This document shows, in pieces, positions 33,931-42,988 of a DNA stretch of 47,978 nt. Below the pieces are notes generated by a model that searched no databases, was not told the DNA's origin, and saw nothing but the letters and a program-made list of their open reading frames with translations. The DNA comes from Verrucomicrobia bacterium UBA673. Its GTDB lineage: Bacteria > Verrucomicrobiota > Verrucomicrobiia > Limisphaerales > UBA1096. The stretch's first letter is position 1. Each line of letters opens with the position of its first letter. The stretch lies in assembly GCA_002299785.1 (NCBI GenBank), contig DBNL01000101.1:1-47978 (forward strand), read 5' to 3'. Made by a program: the position numbers and the translations under genes.

Positions 33931-35696
33931 GTCGCTGGCTGGCAATCGCCATAGCAATTGGCTTGGCCCATGCCGCCACGGCATTCGTCCTGTTCAAAAA
34001 CGACGACGGCCAGCCCCTGCGTTGGCGGCTCGATGACTTAGATCCGCTTGTGCATCCGAATGTGGTGAACCGGGACACAAGGGCGATCCGCTACTATTTG
34101 TCCAGGGATGCGTGGTCGGCGAAAAATGCCGAAGCGGAGTTGAATGGCATCCGGGCCGCGATTGGCCAATGGCAGTCGGTGCCAGAGACGATCCTTAAAT
34201 TCGAGGAAGGCGGGCTGGTGCCACCCGGCGTGGATGTCAACGGCGAGGACAATACGAACGTCGTTTACTGGGTGAAGAAAGCAGCTGAGAACGGTGCCGT
34301 GTGGGTCAACAACGAGCGGATGGAGATCAGCGGCGCGTTGGCGGTGACGTTCCCGATGTATTTCGATGATCACACGATCGTCGAGGCGGACATGGTCTTT
34401 AACGGCGTCGATCACCGATGGTTCGCCGACTACAACAACTCGTTCTCCGCTGACAACTTTGTCGAGGCGGTTGCATTGCATGAGTTCGGCCACTTCATCG
34501 GCTTGCAGCATTCGCCGCTGGGGGCGGCAACGATGTTTTCGCGAACTGGCGCTGGTGTGGGCCTAGCAGTCGGGTTGCTGCGTGACGAGATTGCAGCCAC
34601 GCAGACGCTGTACGGAAAACCAGATGCCTTGGCCAAACTCGGGTCGATCGCCGGCAAAGTGACGATGGAGCGCGGCTTAGTCTTCGGTGCGGTGGTGTTG
34701 GCCGAGGATGTCCACGGCAACATCATCCAGTCGACGGTCAGCGCGAAAGACGGACGGTACGAGATGTCCTCGCTGCCTGCTGCGACGTACCGACTGCGCG
34801 TGGCCCCTTTGCATTCGCCGGATACCCTGCCTCAGCCGCTAGTTCGCGGCATCGACATTTCGATCGAGCATCAGGGCGCCGAGACGAATTTCCGGACAAC
34901 TGGTTATAAGCAGGTGTCCTTGGGCGTTGGCAAAACAGTGACGCTGGATTTTGCGGTCAAAAATGGCAAAGCGCCGTTTTACATCTCCGCAGTGAGACCA
35001 CCGACGACGAAGCAGAATCTGCTCGAGTTGGCGTTCGAGCCGATCGCGATCGGGCGCACCGGCAAAAAACAGATGATCGGCGTCTATTCGCCAACGTTGC
35101 CAACGAGTGGAGCGACGTTACGACTCACCGGCGACGGAGTGGTTTACGGAAAAACGACATACGATCCGAACGCATTTGACGGCTTCAACCTGATTTCGGT
35201 GGAAGTGACCGTGGCGAAAAACACCGTGCCAGGGGTGCGAAGCCTGTTCGTTCAAAGAGGAAATGACGAGGCGTACCTCAACGGCTTCGCCGAGATTCTC
35301 TCCGGCGAGGAAGATCATAATTTCGATGGCTTGGACGACCGCTGGCAACGGGAACAGTTCGCTGTTTTTTCTAGCGTTGAGGCGCACGCCGACGCCGACG
35401 CCGACGCCGACGGCTACACCAATCGCGAGGAGTATATGACCGGGAAAAACCCGACGGCCGCCGGCTCGTTCCCGCTGCTCGAAATCGGTAGCATCACAGT
35501 TGACGAACAAGGCACAACCATCCAGTGGAGCAGCGTGCCCGGGAAGCGCTACCAAGTTTGGAGCAAGCCCGACGCCGCCCTGGCCAAGTGGCGCAAAACT
35601 GGCGTCCCGGTGACAGCCCGCCGATCATTCACATTTTTCACCGATCCAAACGAGCGGGAGGCGTTTCAATTTTACCGCGTACAGGCGTTGCCCTAG
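33927..35696 (+). CDS. Secreted matrixin/M10-like zinc metalloprotease with a CarboxypepD_reg-like domain, TSP3-like Ca-binding motifs and a C-terminal beta-sandwich
   Basis: 589 aa. Signal peptide, then the extended zinc motif HEFGHFIGLQHS (HExxHxxGxxH) with a downstream Met (AATMF). A GKVTM...DGRYEMSSLPAATYRLRV Cna-B/CarboxypepD_reg-like module follows. Then DGLDDRWQ and DADADADGYTNREEYMTGKNP, and the C-terminus [10 protein letters not shown]. Confidence 0.8.
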   Translation: MSRWLAIAIAIGLAHAATAFVLFKNDDGQPLRWRLDDLDPLVHPNVVNRDTRAIRYYLSRDAWSAKNAEAELNGIRAAIGQWQSVPETILKFEEGGLVPPGVDVNGEDNTNVVYWVKKAAENGAVWVNNERMEISGALAVTFPMYFDDHTIVEADMVFNGVDHRWFADYNNSFSADNFVEAVALHEFGHFIGLQHSPLGAATMFSRTGAGVGLAVGLLRDEIAATQTLYGKPDALAKLGSIAGKVTMERGLVFGAVVLAEDVHGNIIQSTVSAKDGRYEMSSLPAATYRLRVAPLHSPDTLPQPLVRGIDISIEHQGAETNFRTTGYKQVSLGVGKTVTLDFAVKNGKAPFYISAVRPPTTKQNLLELAFEPIAIGRTGKKQMIGVYSPTLPTSGATLRLTGDGVVYGKTTYDPNAFDGFNLISVEVTVAKNTVPGVRSLFVQRGNDEAYLNGFAEILSGEEDHNFDGLDDRWQREQFAVFSSVEAHADADADADGYTNREEYMTGKNPTAAGSFPLLEIGSITVDEQGTTIQWSSVPGKRYQVWSKPDAALAKWRKTGVPVTARRSFTFFTDPNEREAFQFYRVQALP

Positions 35697-38350
35697 CCGA
35701 AAAACCTTTTTAGGAACTGACCGGTGTGCGATTTTTTGGATTGGGCGATTTTGGCTGGGGGGCCTTGAGCGATGATTTCCCCGCCGCCTTCGCCGCCTTC
35801 TAAGCCGAGGTCGATGACCCAGTCGGCGGCGGCGATCAAGTCGAGGTTGTGCTCTATGACCAGCACCGTGTGGCCGCCCTCCACCAGGCGTTGCAGCACC
35901 CCAACCAAGCGCCTTACATCCGCCATGTGCAGGCCGATCGTTGGCTCCTCGAGGAGGAACAGATTCTTTTTCGAGTCGGACTTGAGCCGGGCTGGGTTGT
36001 CGCTGAGGCCGCTTAGTAGGTGGGTGACTAGTTTGATGCGTTGGGCTTCGCCGCCGCTAAGCGTTGGGCTGGTCTGGCCCAATTTGAGGTAACCAAGACC
36101 GGTGTCGCGGAGCGCCTTTAGGGGTCGGAAAATCTTTGGCACAGCCCCGAAAAAATCGGCGGCCTCGCTGACGCTTAACTCGAGGACATTGGCGATTGTT
36201 TTGCCGTTGTAAACGATGTCCAGCACCTCTGGGCTGTAGCGGCTGCCCTCGCAGGTGTCGCACGTCATGAAAGAGGGTGGCAGGAAGTTCATCTCAAGTT
36301 TCACGATGCCCGCTCCCTTGCACTCGGGGCAGCGGCCTTGCGGGCTGTTGAACGAAAACCGTGCCGGGCCAAAGCCACGTATCCGAGACTCTGGCACCTG
36401 CGCGAACAGTTGGCGGATGGTGTCGAAAAAACCAACGTATGTCGCCGGCACAGAGCGTGGCGTACGGCCGATCGGCGACTGGTCGACTTCGTGCACGGCT
36501 TTGATCTGTTCGATGCCCTCAATTGTTTTTTTGCGCCTGGCTTTCAGAGCGGTCCGTATGATGGGCAGGATACACTCGCGTACGAGCGTGCTTTTGCCGG
36601 AGCCGCTCACGCCGGTAACGACTGTGAACCGGCCAAGCGGCACCGCGACGGAGACGTTCTTCAAATTGTTTTTATGCAATCCGCGGAAGATGAGGGACGA
36701 GGTTTTGTTTTTCTGGCTGGCTCCGCGCCTGGTCAAGGGTGGGGCAGTGGGGCGCGCTTGGCCAAGCGTCTGGCCGCAGGAGTGTTGACGGGACAACTCG
36801 ATACCGGTCAGCGATTTTTTGTTTCTTAAAATCTGTTTGAGCGAACCGGCTGCGACGACCAGGCCGCCCTCCACGCCAGCGCCTGGGCCAAGGTCGATGA
36901 TGTAATCGGCGCGTGCCATCGTGTCTTCGTCGTGTTCGACGACGACGACTGAGTTACCGCGCGATCGGAGTTGCTCGAGCGCGCCGAGCAGTTGCTGGTT
37001 GTCGCGTGGGTGCAGGCCGATCGTCGGCTCATCGAGCACATATAGAACGCCGCTCAGGTTTGAGCCAAGCTGCGCGGCCAGGCGGATGCGCTGGGCCTCG
37101 CCACCACTCAGGGTGGTGACTGCCCGGCCAAGTTGCAAGTAATCGAGGCCGACTTCTCGAAGGAAACTCAGCCGTGAACCGATCTCCGGCAGGATGTCGC
37201 GGGCGATCTCCGCGCCGCGCCCGCGCCATTTGAGCGCTGCGAACAACTCGTCCGCCGTCTCGACGCTGGCTTGGGCGAAGGCGTCGATGGTCGGCTCGTC
37301 GGCAAAGTTGCGCTTGGCTAAGCACGGCAGTGGCAGTCGGACGGCTCGGGCGAGCGAGGCAAGCCGCGCGCCGTTGCAGTCGGTGCACAATTCGCGGCTC
37401 TCTTCCTGCCAGCCGAACCATGTTTCCTCGACTGCTTCCTGCGCGTCACCACGCTCGATGTCGGGAATGTAAAAAGTTTCGCCAAAACCCCGGCAGGTGG
37501 GGCACCAGCCTCGGGCGGAGTTGTAGCTGAAATCTTTCGGGTCGAGCGGCGCGAACGACCGGCCGCAGCCGCTGCACGCGTTACTCGTCGAGTTAACGGT
37601 CTCGCTGCCGGAGTCATCGACGGCGAAGAGTGTACCTTGGCCAACGGCGAGGCATTCGGCGATCAGATCAGCGGCGTTTTTTGAGCCGTTTTTTTTGAGC
37701 CGGCCGACGACCACCTCGACGTCGTGCTCGCTGTAGCGGTCGAGCCGCAGCGGCTCGGCAGTGGGGTGAAATTTGCCGTCGGCGCGAACCTGTTCGTAGC
37801 CGTGCCGCGCTGCCCATTCGCCGACGTCGGTGTGGAAGCCTTTTCGGTTGCGAATGCGCGGGGCGAGAAGCAGTAGGTCACCGCGTTTTTTTGCTTGAGC
37901 TTTTAAACTGCTGACGAGCGAGTCGAGCGTCTGTGCCTGCACCGGTAACTGGCAGTCAGGACAGTGGATGACACCGAGCTTGGTGAAGAGCAGCCGGATA
38001 AAATGATAAATCTCGGTGACTGTGGCGACAGTGCTTTTGCCGCCGCCGCGCGAGATGCGTTGCTCGATGCTGACGGTGGGGGGTAGGCCGTGGACGGCGT
38101 CGACATCGGGCCGGGGCATTTGCTCGACGAACTGCCGGGCGTAGGCATTGAGCGAGTCGAGAAACCGGCGCTGGCCTTCAGAAAAAAGAATGTCAAAAGC
38201 GAGCGTGCTTTTGCCGGAACCGCTGACGCCGGTGACGACGACAAGCTTGTTGCGTGGGATGCGGACGGAAAGGTTGCGGAGGTTGTGTTCGCGCGCGCCT
38301 TCGACGGTGATCCAGCGTGAGTCGGCCGACTTGTTGCTCCGCGCGGCCAC
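35693..38350 (-). CDS. UvrA-family ABC ATPase (excinuclease subunit A-like), non-canonical architecture
   Basis: 885 aa, GTG start 3 nt after the argS stop. Two ABC modules ([10 protein letters not shown] twice; LSGGEAQRI twice; Walker B LDEPT and LEEPT). Cys pairs: HCPDC / CSGC flank a UvrB-binding-like module ([22 protein letters not shown]); CPTC / CTDC lie only about 35 aa apart; plus the C-terminal finger CPEC..CDTC. Confidence 0.88.
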   Translation of the reverse strand: MAARSNKSADSRWITVEGAREHNLRNLSVRIPRNKLVVVTGVSGSGKSTLAFDILFSEGQRRFLDSLNAYARQFVEQMPRPDVDAVHGLPPTVSIEQRISRGGGKSTVATVTEIYHFIRLLFTKLGVIHCPDCQLPVQAQTLDSLVSSLKAQAKKRGDLLLLAPRIRNRKGFHTDVGEWAARHGYEQVRADGKFHPTAEPLRLDRYSEHDVEVVVGRLKKNGSKNAADLIAECLAVGQGTLFAVDDSGSETVNSTSNACSGCGRSFAPLDPKDFSYNSARGWCPTCRGFGETFYIPDIERGDAQEAVEETWFGWQEESRELCTDCNGARLASLARAVRLPLPCLAKRNFADEPTIDAFAQASVETADELFAALKWRGRGAEIARDILPEIGSRLSFLREVGLDYLQLGRAVTTLSGGEAQRIRLAAQLGSNLSGVLYVLDEPTIGLHPRDNQQLLGALEQLRSRGNSVVVVEHDEDTMARADYIIDLGPGAGVEGGLVVAAGSLKQILRNKKSLTGIELSRQHSCGQTLGQARPTAPPLTRRGASQKNKTSSLIFRGLHKNNLKNVSVAVPLGRFTVVTGVSGSGKSTLVRECILPIIRTALKARRKKTIEGIEQIKAVHEVDQSPIGRTPRSVPATYVGFFDTIRQLFAQVPESRIRGFGPARFSFNSPQGRCPECKGAGIVKLEMNFLPPSFMTCDTCEGSRYSPEVLDIVYNGKTIANVLELSVSEAADFFGAVPKIFRPLKALRDTGLGYLKLGQTSPTLSGGEAQRIKLVTHLLSGLSDNPARLKSDSKKNLFLLEEPTIGLHMADVRRLVGVLQRLVEGGHTVLVIEHNLDLIAAADWVIDLGLEGGEGGGEIIAQGPPAKIAQSKKSHTGQFLKRFFG
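36755..36768. repeat. Perfect 14-mer CGCTTGGCCAAGCG (inside the uvrA-like inter-module linker, read as TLGQA)
   Basis: Read directly from the sequence. Confidence 0.95.
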
Positions 38351-38353
38351 AGT

Positions 38354-40072
38354 TCACATACGCTCAGTGGTCTCGAGGCCAAGCGTTTCGAGGCCGGTAT
38401 TTAGCACTTTGCCGGCGAGATCGCAGAGGGCTAGTCGTTGCATGCGGATGTCGCCCTCGGCCTGGAGTACGGGGCAGTTTTCGTAAAACGAGGCGAAGTG
38501 CCCCGCCAGTTCGTAGAGGTAGTTACAGAGGTAGTTCGGGCGGCACTCGTCGATGACCAATTCGAGCACGAGGCCAAACCTCAACAGGTGCTTGGCCAGC
38601 GTGAGTTCCTCCGCCTGGGCAAGCGCAAACGACTCAGGGCGTGTCAGCGACTCGTCGCCAAGCTTTCGGAAGATGCTGCGGATGCGCGTGAAGGCGTAGA
38701 GCAGGTATGGCGCGGTATTGCCGACGAGTGCGAGCATGGTGTCCCAGTTGAACACGTAGTCGCTCTGTCGGTTGCCGGAGAGGTCGGCGTACTTGATTGC
38801 TCCGATGCCGACAACGCAGGCGATATGGCGTCGCTCCTCCTCGGGGAGGTTGGGGTTTTTTTCGCTCACGGCGTCGAAGGCGCGTTGCTCGGCCTCGTTG
38901 AGCAAACCGGAGAGGCGGATGATTTCGCCGCTACGCGTCTTGAAAGGCTTGCCATCCTCTCCGAGGATCGCGCCGAACCAGACGTGGTTGAGCTTCATGC
39001 CGTGACCCGGTTTCCAGCGGTTATACAGCTCGAAGAGTTGCTGGAAGTGTAGTTGCTGCCGGCCGTCGGTGACGTAAATGACTTCGCTCGGCTGCCAGCT
39101 TTTTTTACGGTGCTCGAGCGTCGCGAGGTCGGTCGTGGTGTAGTTAGCTGCGCCGTCGCTTTTCTGGACGATGGCCGGATGTTTCTTGAGCGACTTGTGA
39201 TGATTAAAAAAGACGACCTGCGCGCCGTCGCTTTCCTCCGCTATGCCTTGAGTGACGAGTTCGTCGACGACGCCCTTGAGGCGGTCGTTGTAAAAACTCT
39301 CGCCGAGCGTCTCGTCAAAATCGACACCGAGGCGGCCGTAAATCTCGTCAAACTGATGCCGGGACAACTCAATCATTTCATTCCAAATGGCCAGATTTTC
39401 TATGTCGCCGCTTTGCAGCTTAACGAGCTCGCTCCGTGCGCGGATGAGTACGATCTCGTCTAGTTCGCAAGCGGAGTTGATGAGCTTGTAGAGGCGCTCC
39501 ATCTCGGCGAGGGCGTCCCTGCCAAGCGCGTCCCGGTCGAGGTATTCCTTCCAGCCGACGAGCAGTTTGCCAAACTGCGTGCCCCAGTCGCCGATGTGAT
39601 TGTCGGTCACTACGCTGTGGCCGAGCAGTCGGAACGCTTTGGCCAAGGTGCTGCCGAGAATGGTCGAGCGTATGTGACCAACGTGCATCGGCTTGGCCAC
39701 ATTGGGCGACGAGTAGTCGATAACGATGGTGCGAGGGTCAGTGGCGGTACGGTAAAAAAGATGCTCTCCTTTGGCCGCGCCGACGAGGGCATCGGAGAGG
39801 GCTTCGGTCTTGAGCCGGAAATTGAGAAAACCTGGCCCGGCGATCTTAATCGGTTCGCAGTAGTCATCGACGTCGAGTTGATCGACGACTTGGGCGGCGA
39901 GTTCACGAGGGTTGAGTTGGTTGCGCTTGGCCAAGCCCATGAGAGCGTTGGATTGATAGTCGCCAAACTTCGGTTCGGGACAGGGGCGGACGAGGACGCT
40001 TGAGACGTCGGCATCGGGCATGAGCGCGAGGACGGTTTGCTGCAGTTTTTCCTGTAAGACGAGATGAATCAC
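38354..40072 (-). CDS. argS: Arginine--tRNA ligase
   Basis: 572 aa. N-terminal Arg_tRNA_synt_N-like region, HIGH motif ([16 protein letters not shown]), and a C-terminal DALR anticodon-binding end ([17 protein letters not shown]). Confidence 0.95.
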   Translation of the reverse strand: MIHLVLQEKLQQTVLALMPDADVSSVLVRPCPEPKFGDYQSNALMGLAKRNQLNPRELAAQVVDQLDVDDYCEPIKIAGPGFLNFRLKTEALSDALVGAAKGEHLFYRTATDPRTIVIDYSSPNVAKPMHVGHIRSTILGSTLAKAFRLLGHSVVTDNHIGDWGTQFGKLLVGWKEYLDRDALGRDALAEMERLYKLINSACELDEIVLIRARSELVKLQSGDIENLAIWNEMIELSRHQFDEIYGRLGVDFDETLGESFYNDRLKGVVDELVTQGIAEESDGAQVVFFNHHKSLKKHPAIVQKSDGAANYTTTDLATLEHRKKSWQPSEVIYVTDGRQQLHFQQLFELYNRWKPGHGMKLNHVWFGAILGEDGKPFKTRSGEIIRLSGLLNEAEQRAFDAVSEKNPNLPEEERRHIACVVGIGAIKYADLSGNRQSDYVFNWDTMLALVGNTAPYLLYAFTRIRSIFRKLGDESLTRPESFALAQAEELTLAKHLLRFGLVLELVIDECRPNYLCNYLYELAGHFASFYENCPVLQAEGDIRMQRLALCDLAGKVLNTGLETLGLETTERM

Positions 40073-40081
40073 GGTTGGAGT

Positions 40082-40095
40082 CGCTTGGCCAAGCG
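40082..40095. repeat. Perfect 14-mer CGCTTGGCCAAGCG (in the 60-bp spacer between ptsN and argS)
   Basis: Read directly from the sequence. Confidence 0.95.
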
Positions 40096-40132
40096 GGATG
40101 CAGGCTTGGGCGAAAGGAAAATTATTGCCGGC

Positions 40133-40597
40133 TCAGCCCTCCTGCGAGGTGCGGATGATCTGGTACATCTCCGCGGCGTCGCCAGCATCCTCGAGGGACT
40201 TGCGGAATTCATTCTTGTGCAGCACCTTCGCGATCTTGGCCAGCGTATGGAGGTGTTTTTGGAACTGACCCTGTGGCACGAGGAAAAGCATCACGAGATT
40301 GACTGGCTGGTTGTCGAGCGCGTCGAAGTTGACACCCGCCTTGCTGCGTCCGAAAGCGCCGGTGACGTCGTCGATCAGGTCGGTCGAGGCATGCGGTATG
40401 CCGATACCGAACCCGATGCCAGTGCTCATTGAGGTCTCGCGTTTCTTGACGACAGAGACGATGGCCTCGCGGTGTTCGGACTTGATACGTCCCTTGTCGA
40501 CCAGTAAATCGATCAGTTCCTCGATTGCTTCCCAGCGATCAGAGGCTTTCAGATCCGTTACAACCTGCTCTTTGGTGAGAAAATCAGCCAGCTCCAT
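40133..40597 (-). CDS. ptsN: PTS EIIA-type-2 domain protein (PtsN / EIIA-Ntr-like)
   Basis: 154 aa. Start is MELADFLTKEQV..DL.A.D.WEAIEEL; the phosphorylatable His context is GIGIPHA; LFLV follows. Layout is typical of EIIA-Ntr. Confidence 0.8.
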   Translation of the reverse strand: MELADFLTKEQVVTDLKASDRWEAIEELIDLLVDKGRIKSEHREAIVSVVKKRETSMSTGIGFGIGIPHASTDLIDDVTGAFGRSKAGVNFDALDNQPVNLVMLFLVPQGQFQKHLHTLAKIAKVLHKNEFRKSLEDAGDAAEMYQIIRTSQEG

Positions 40598-40712
40598 GAT
40601 ATGCGCCCAACACCGTATCCCGGCCCGGATTTGCTACCCTTTATTGGGGCGGCTTACAAGCGCGAACTTCATTGCCAAATCGATAGACAAACTCCAGACT
40701 GTCCCTGCCCAA

Positions 40713-41456
40713 ATGAATATCATAGTCAAGCATTGCGTAGGTTTGGCCGCGGGTATTGCCGCCTGGGTTTGTGTCGGCTTGGCTGAGGAAGCGGCCAATC
40801 TGCCGTCGGTGGACGATATTATCAAGCGGAACGTCGAGGCGCTCGGAGGCGAGAAGGCCATGCGCAAACTGAAGAATCGCGTGGCTCGGGGGAAGATCGA
40901 GTTGGCCGTATTCGGTGCGGAGTTCCCTGTCATCATGCGGCAGACGGTGCCCAATAAGGAAATGATGGAATTGACGATTGAGGAGTTGGGGACGATTCGC
41001 GACGTGTTCGCCGGAAGCAAGGGCTGGACGGAAACGCCCGATGGGACGGTGACCGAAAAAAAGGAGCGTGAATTGGCCAACAAAAAAATTGACGCTGATT
41101 TTTACGCTTACCTGAATTTCAAAAAAAACTATTCCACGATTAAGTTGCAGGGCGTGGAGAAGGTAGACGGTAAAAAAGTCTTTGCTGTCAGGATGACGCC
41201 GAAGAAAGGGGATGCCGACACGTTTTATTTTGATGCCGTGACGGGATTGGTTGCCGGTGTTGCCTCCACCGCTGAGATGCAGGGGCAGGAGGTTAAAACG
41301 AGGGTGCTTTTTCGAGGCTACAAGGCTGTGGACGGAGTGCAGATCCCGCACACTCTGGAACTGGAGGAGCCGGCATCCGCTGGGTTTACGATTCGGCTTG
41401 AGTCGGTGAAGCACAACGTCAAGCCCGACTCCAAATGGTTTAAGAAAGCGAAGTGA
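40713..41456 (+). CDS. Secreted protein of unknown function (possibly a LolA-like/outer-membrane-lipoprotein-sorting-like fold)
   Basis: The start is set at MNIIVKHCVGLAAGIAAWVCVGLA (signal peptide). The upstream part of the track ORF (40299..) is antisense to ptsN. The mature protein starts SVDDIIKRNVEALGGEKAM..LKN..A.G, a pattern I associate with LolA-like beta-barrel domains. Unverified. Confidence 0.6.
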   Translation: MNIIVKHCVGLAAGIAAWVCVGLAEEAANLPSVDDIIKRNVEALGGEKAMRKLKNRVARGKIELAVFGAEFPVIMRQTVPNKEMMELTIEELGTIRDVFAGSKGWTETPDGTVTEKKERELANKKIDADFYAYLNFKKNYSTIKLQGVEKVDGKKVFAVRMTPKKGDADTFYFDAVTGLVAGVASTAEMQGQEVKTRVLFRGYKAVDGVQIPHTLELEEPASAGFTIRLESVKHNVKPDSKWFKKAK

Positions 41457-42112
41457 GCGAGCGGGAGAAGATTGTCTCGGGGATTGAGGCCGAGGGACTG
41501 GTGGCGATCGTGCGCGTGCCGCGGCCAGAGTTGACGCTGCCGTTGGCCAAGGCGCTTGTTGCGGGAGGTATCCGGGCGGTGGAGTTGACGATGAGCATAC
41601 CCAATGCGCTCGAGGCGGTACGGACGATTGACCGCGAACTCGGCGACAAAATTTTGCTCGGAGTCGGCACGGTAATCGACGACGACACGTGCCGGGCGGC
41701 GATCGATGCTGGGGCGAAGTACGTCATCAGCCCGATTACCCGGCCGTCACTTGTCGCGGCGGCGCACGCGCTAGACCGGCCGGTGATGCTGGGTGCCTAT
41801 ACGCCGACCGAGGCACAGGCCGCACACGAGGCCGGCTCGGACTTCGTCAAGATTTTCCCGGCCGACACGCTTGGCCCAAGCTATATCAGGTCGCTACTCG
41901 CGCCGCTGCCTCACCTGAAAATCGTCCCCACAGGCGGGGTGAATCTCGACACGATGGAAGCATACCTTGCGGCAGGCTCGGCGGCGCTGGGCACAGGCTC
42001 GGCCCTGTTGAAAAAAGAGATCATCGCCGGCGAAAACTGGGAGGAACTTGAGCTCCTGGCCAAGCGGTTCGCCGATAGGGTGTCCGGGCTGAAAGCCAAG
42101 ATGTTGCTGTAA
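41453..42112 (+). CDS. eda: KDPG / KHG aldolase (Eda family)
   Basis: 219 aa. GIRAVELTM, the Schiff-base Lys context FVKIFPA, and PTGGVN. The GTG start overlaps the previous stop. Confidence 0.85.
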   Translation: MSEREKIVSGIEAEGLVAIVRVPRPELTLPLAKALVAGGIRAVELTMSIPNALEAVRTIDRELGDKILLGVGTVIDDDTCRAAIDAGAKYVISPITRPSLVAAAHALDRPVMLGAYTPTEAQAAHEAGSDFVKIFPADTLGPSYIRSLLAPLPHLKIVPTGGVNLDTMEAYLAAGSAALGTGSALLKKEIIAGENWEELELLAKRFADRVSGLKAKMLL

Positions 42113-42166
42113 CGCGGTGGGCCAAATTGGCTTTACGACGGGGATGCTGTTTGATACTCAATACGC

Positions 42167-42982
42167 GTGACTGAAAAACTTACCATCGGGTTCATTGGCG
42201 CTGGAAAAATGGCGGCGGCCCTGGCGAAGGGCTTCGTCAACGCCGGTATAGTTTCGCCGGAAAGCCTTATTGGCAGCGATCCGGTTTCGGCCGGCCGCGA
42301 GGCGTTTGGCCAAGAGATTGGTTGCGAGACGACCGACTCGAATGCCGAAGCTCTGACGAAGGCCAAGGTCGTTTTTTTGGCGTTCAAGCCGCATCAACTC
42401 GACGAGGCGACGGAGGCGGTGCGCGACCAGTTCGATGAAAGTCATCTCGTGATTTCAATCCTGGCGGGAGTGCCCCTGGCCAAGCTCGATGCAGCTTGCG
42501 GCGGGCGGGCGCGGGTGGTTCGCGTCATGCCCAACACGCCAGCGCTGGTGGGCGGGGGCGCTTGTGGCTATGCGCTTGGTCAATCGGCGACAGCCGAGGA
42601 CGGCGAGTTGGTTAAGCGGTTGTTGTCCGCTGTCGGCGTGGCTTACGAGGTGAAGGAGGGGTTGATCGACGCCGTGACTGGGTTGAGCGGTAGCGGCCCT
42701 GCATACGGGTACATGATCATCGAGGCACTGAGCGATGGCGGCGTGGCGGCGGGTTTACCCCGGGGCATCTCCACCCGTTTGGCAGCACAGACGATGCTGG
42801 GGGCGGCGAAGATGGTACTCGAGACAGGCAAGCACCCCGGCGAACTCAAGGACATGGTTTGCAGCCCGGGCGGCACGACGATCGAGGGAGTTCACGAACT
42901 GGAGGAGGGCGGCTTGCGCAGCGCACTCATCAACGCCGTGCGAGCAGCGACAGAGCGGGCAGTCGAACTTGGATTGGAATAA
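42167..42982 (+). CDS. proC: Pyrroline-5-carboxylate reductase
   Basis: 271 aa, GTG start. Rossmann motif IGFIGAGKMAAALAKG, then VMPNTPALVG, SGSGPAY and SPGGTT. Confidence 0.92.
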   Translation: MTEKLTIGFIGAGKMAAALAKGFVNAGIVSPESLIGSDPVSAGREAFGQEIGCETTDSNAEALTKAKVVFLAFKPHQLDEATEAVRDQFDESHLVISILAGVPLAKLDAACGGRARVVRVMPNTPALVGGGACGYALGQSATAEDGELVKRLLSAVGVAYEVKEGLIDAVTGLSGSGPAYGYMIIEALSDGGVAAGLPRGISTRLAAQTMLGAAKMVLETGKHPGELKDMVCSPGGTTIEGVHELEEGGLRSALINAVRAATERAVELGLE

Positions 42983-42988
42983 AAAATT

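Noticed and set aside
40299-40712. Upstream 138 codons of the 385-aa plus-strand track ORF
   Set aside because: This part is antisense to ptsN and has no protein-like features. A signal peptide begins at the internal ATG at 40713, which I take as the true start. The 257-aa minus-strand ORF 40641..41414 is likewise a shadow of that gene.
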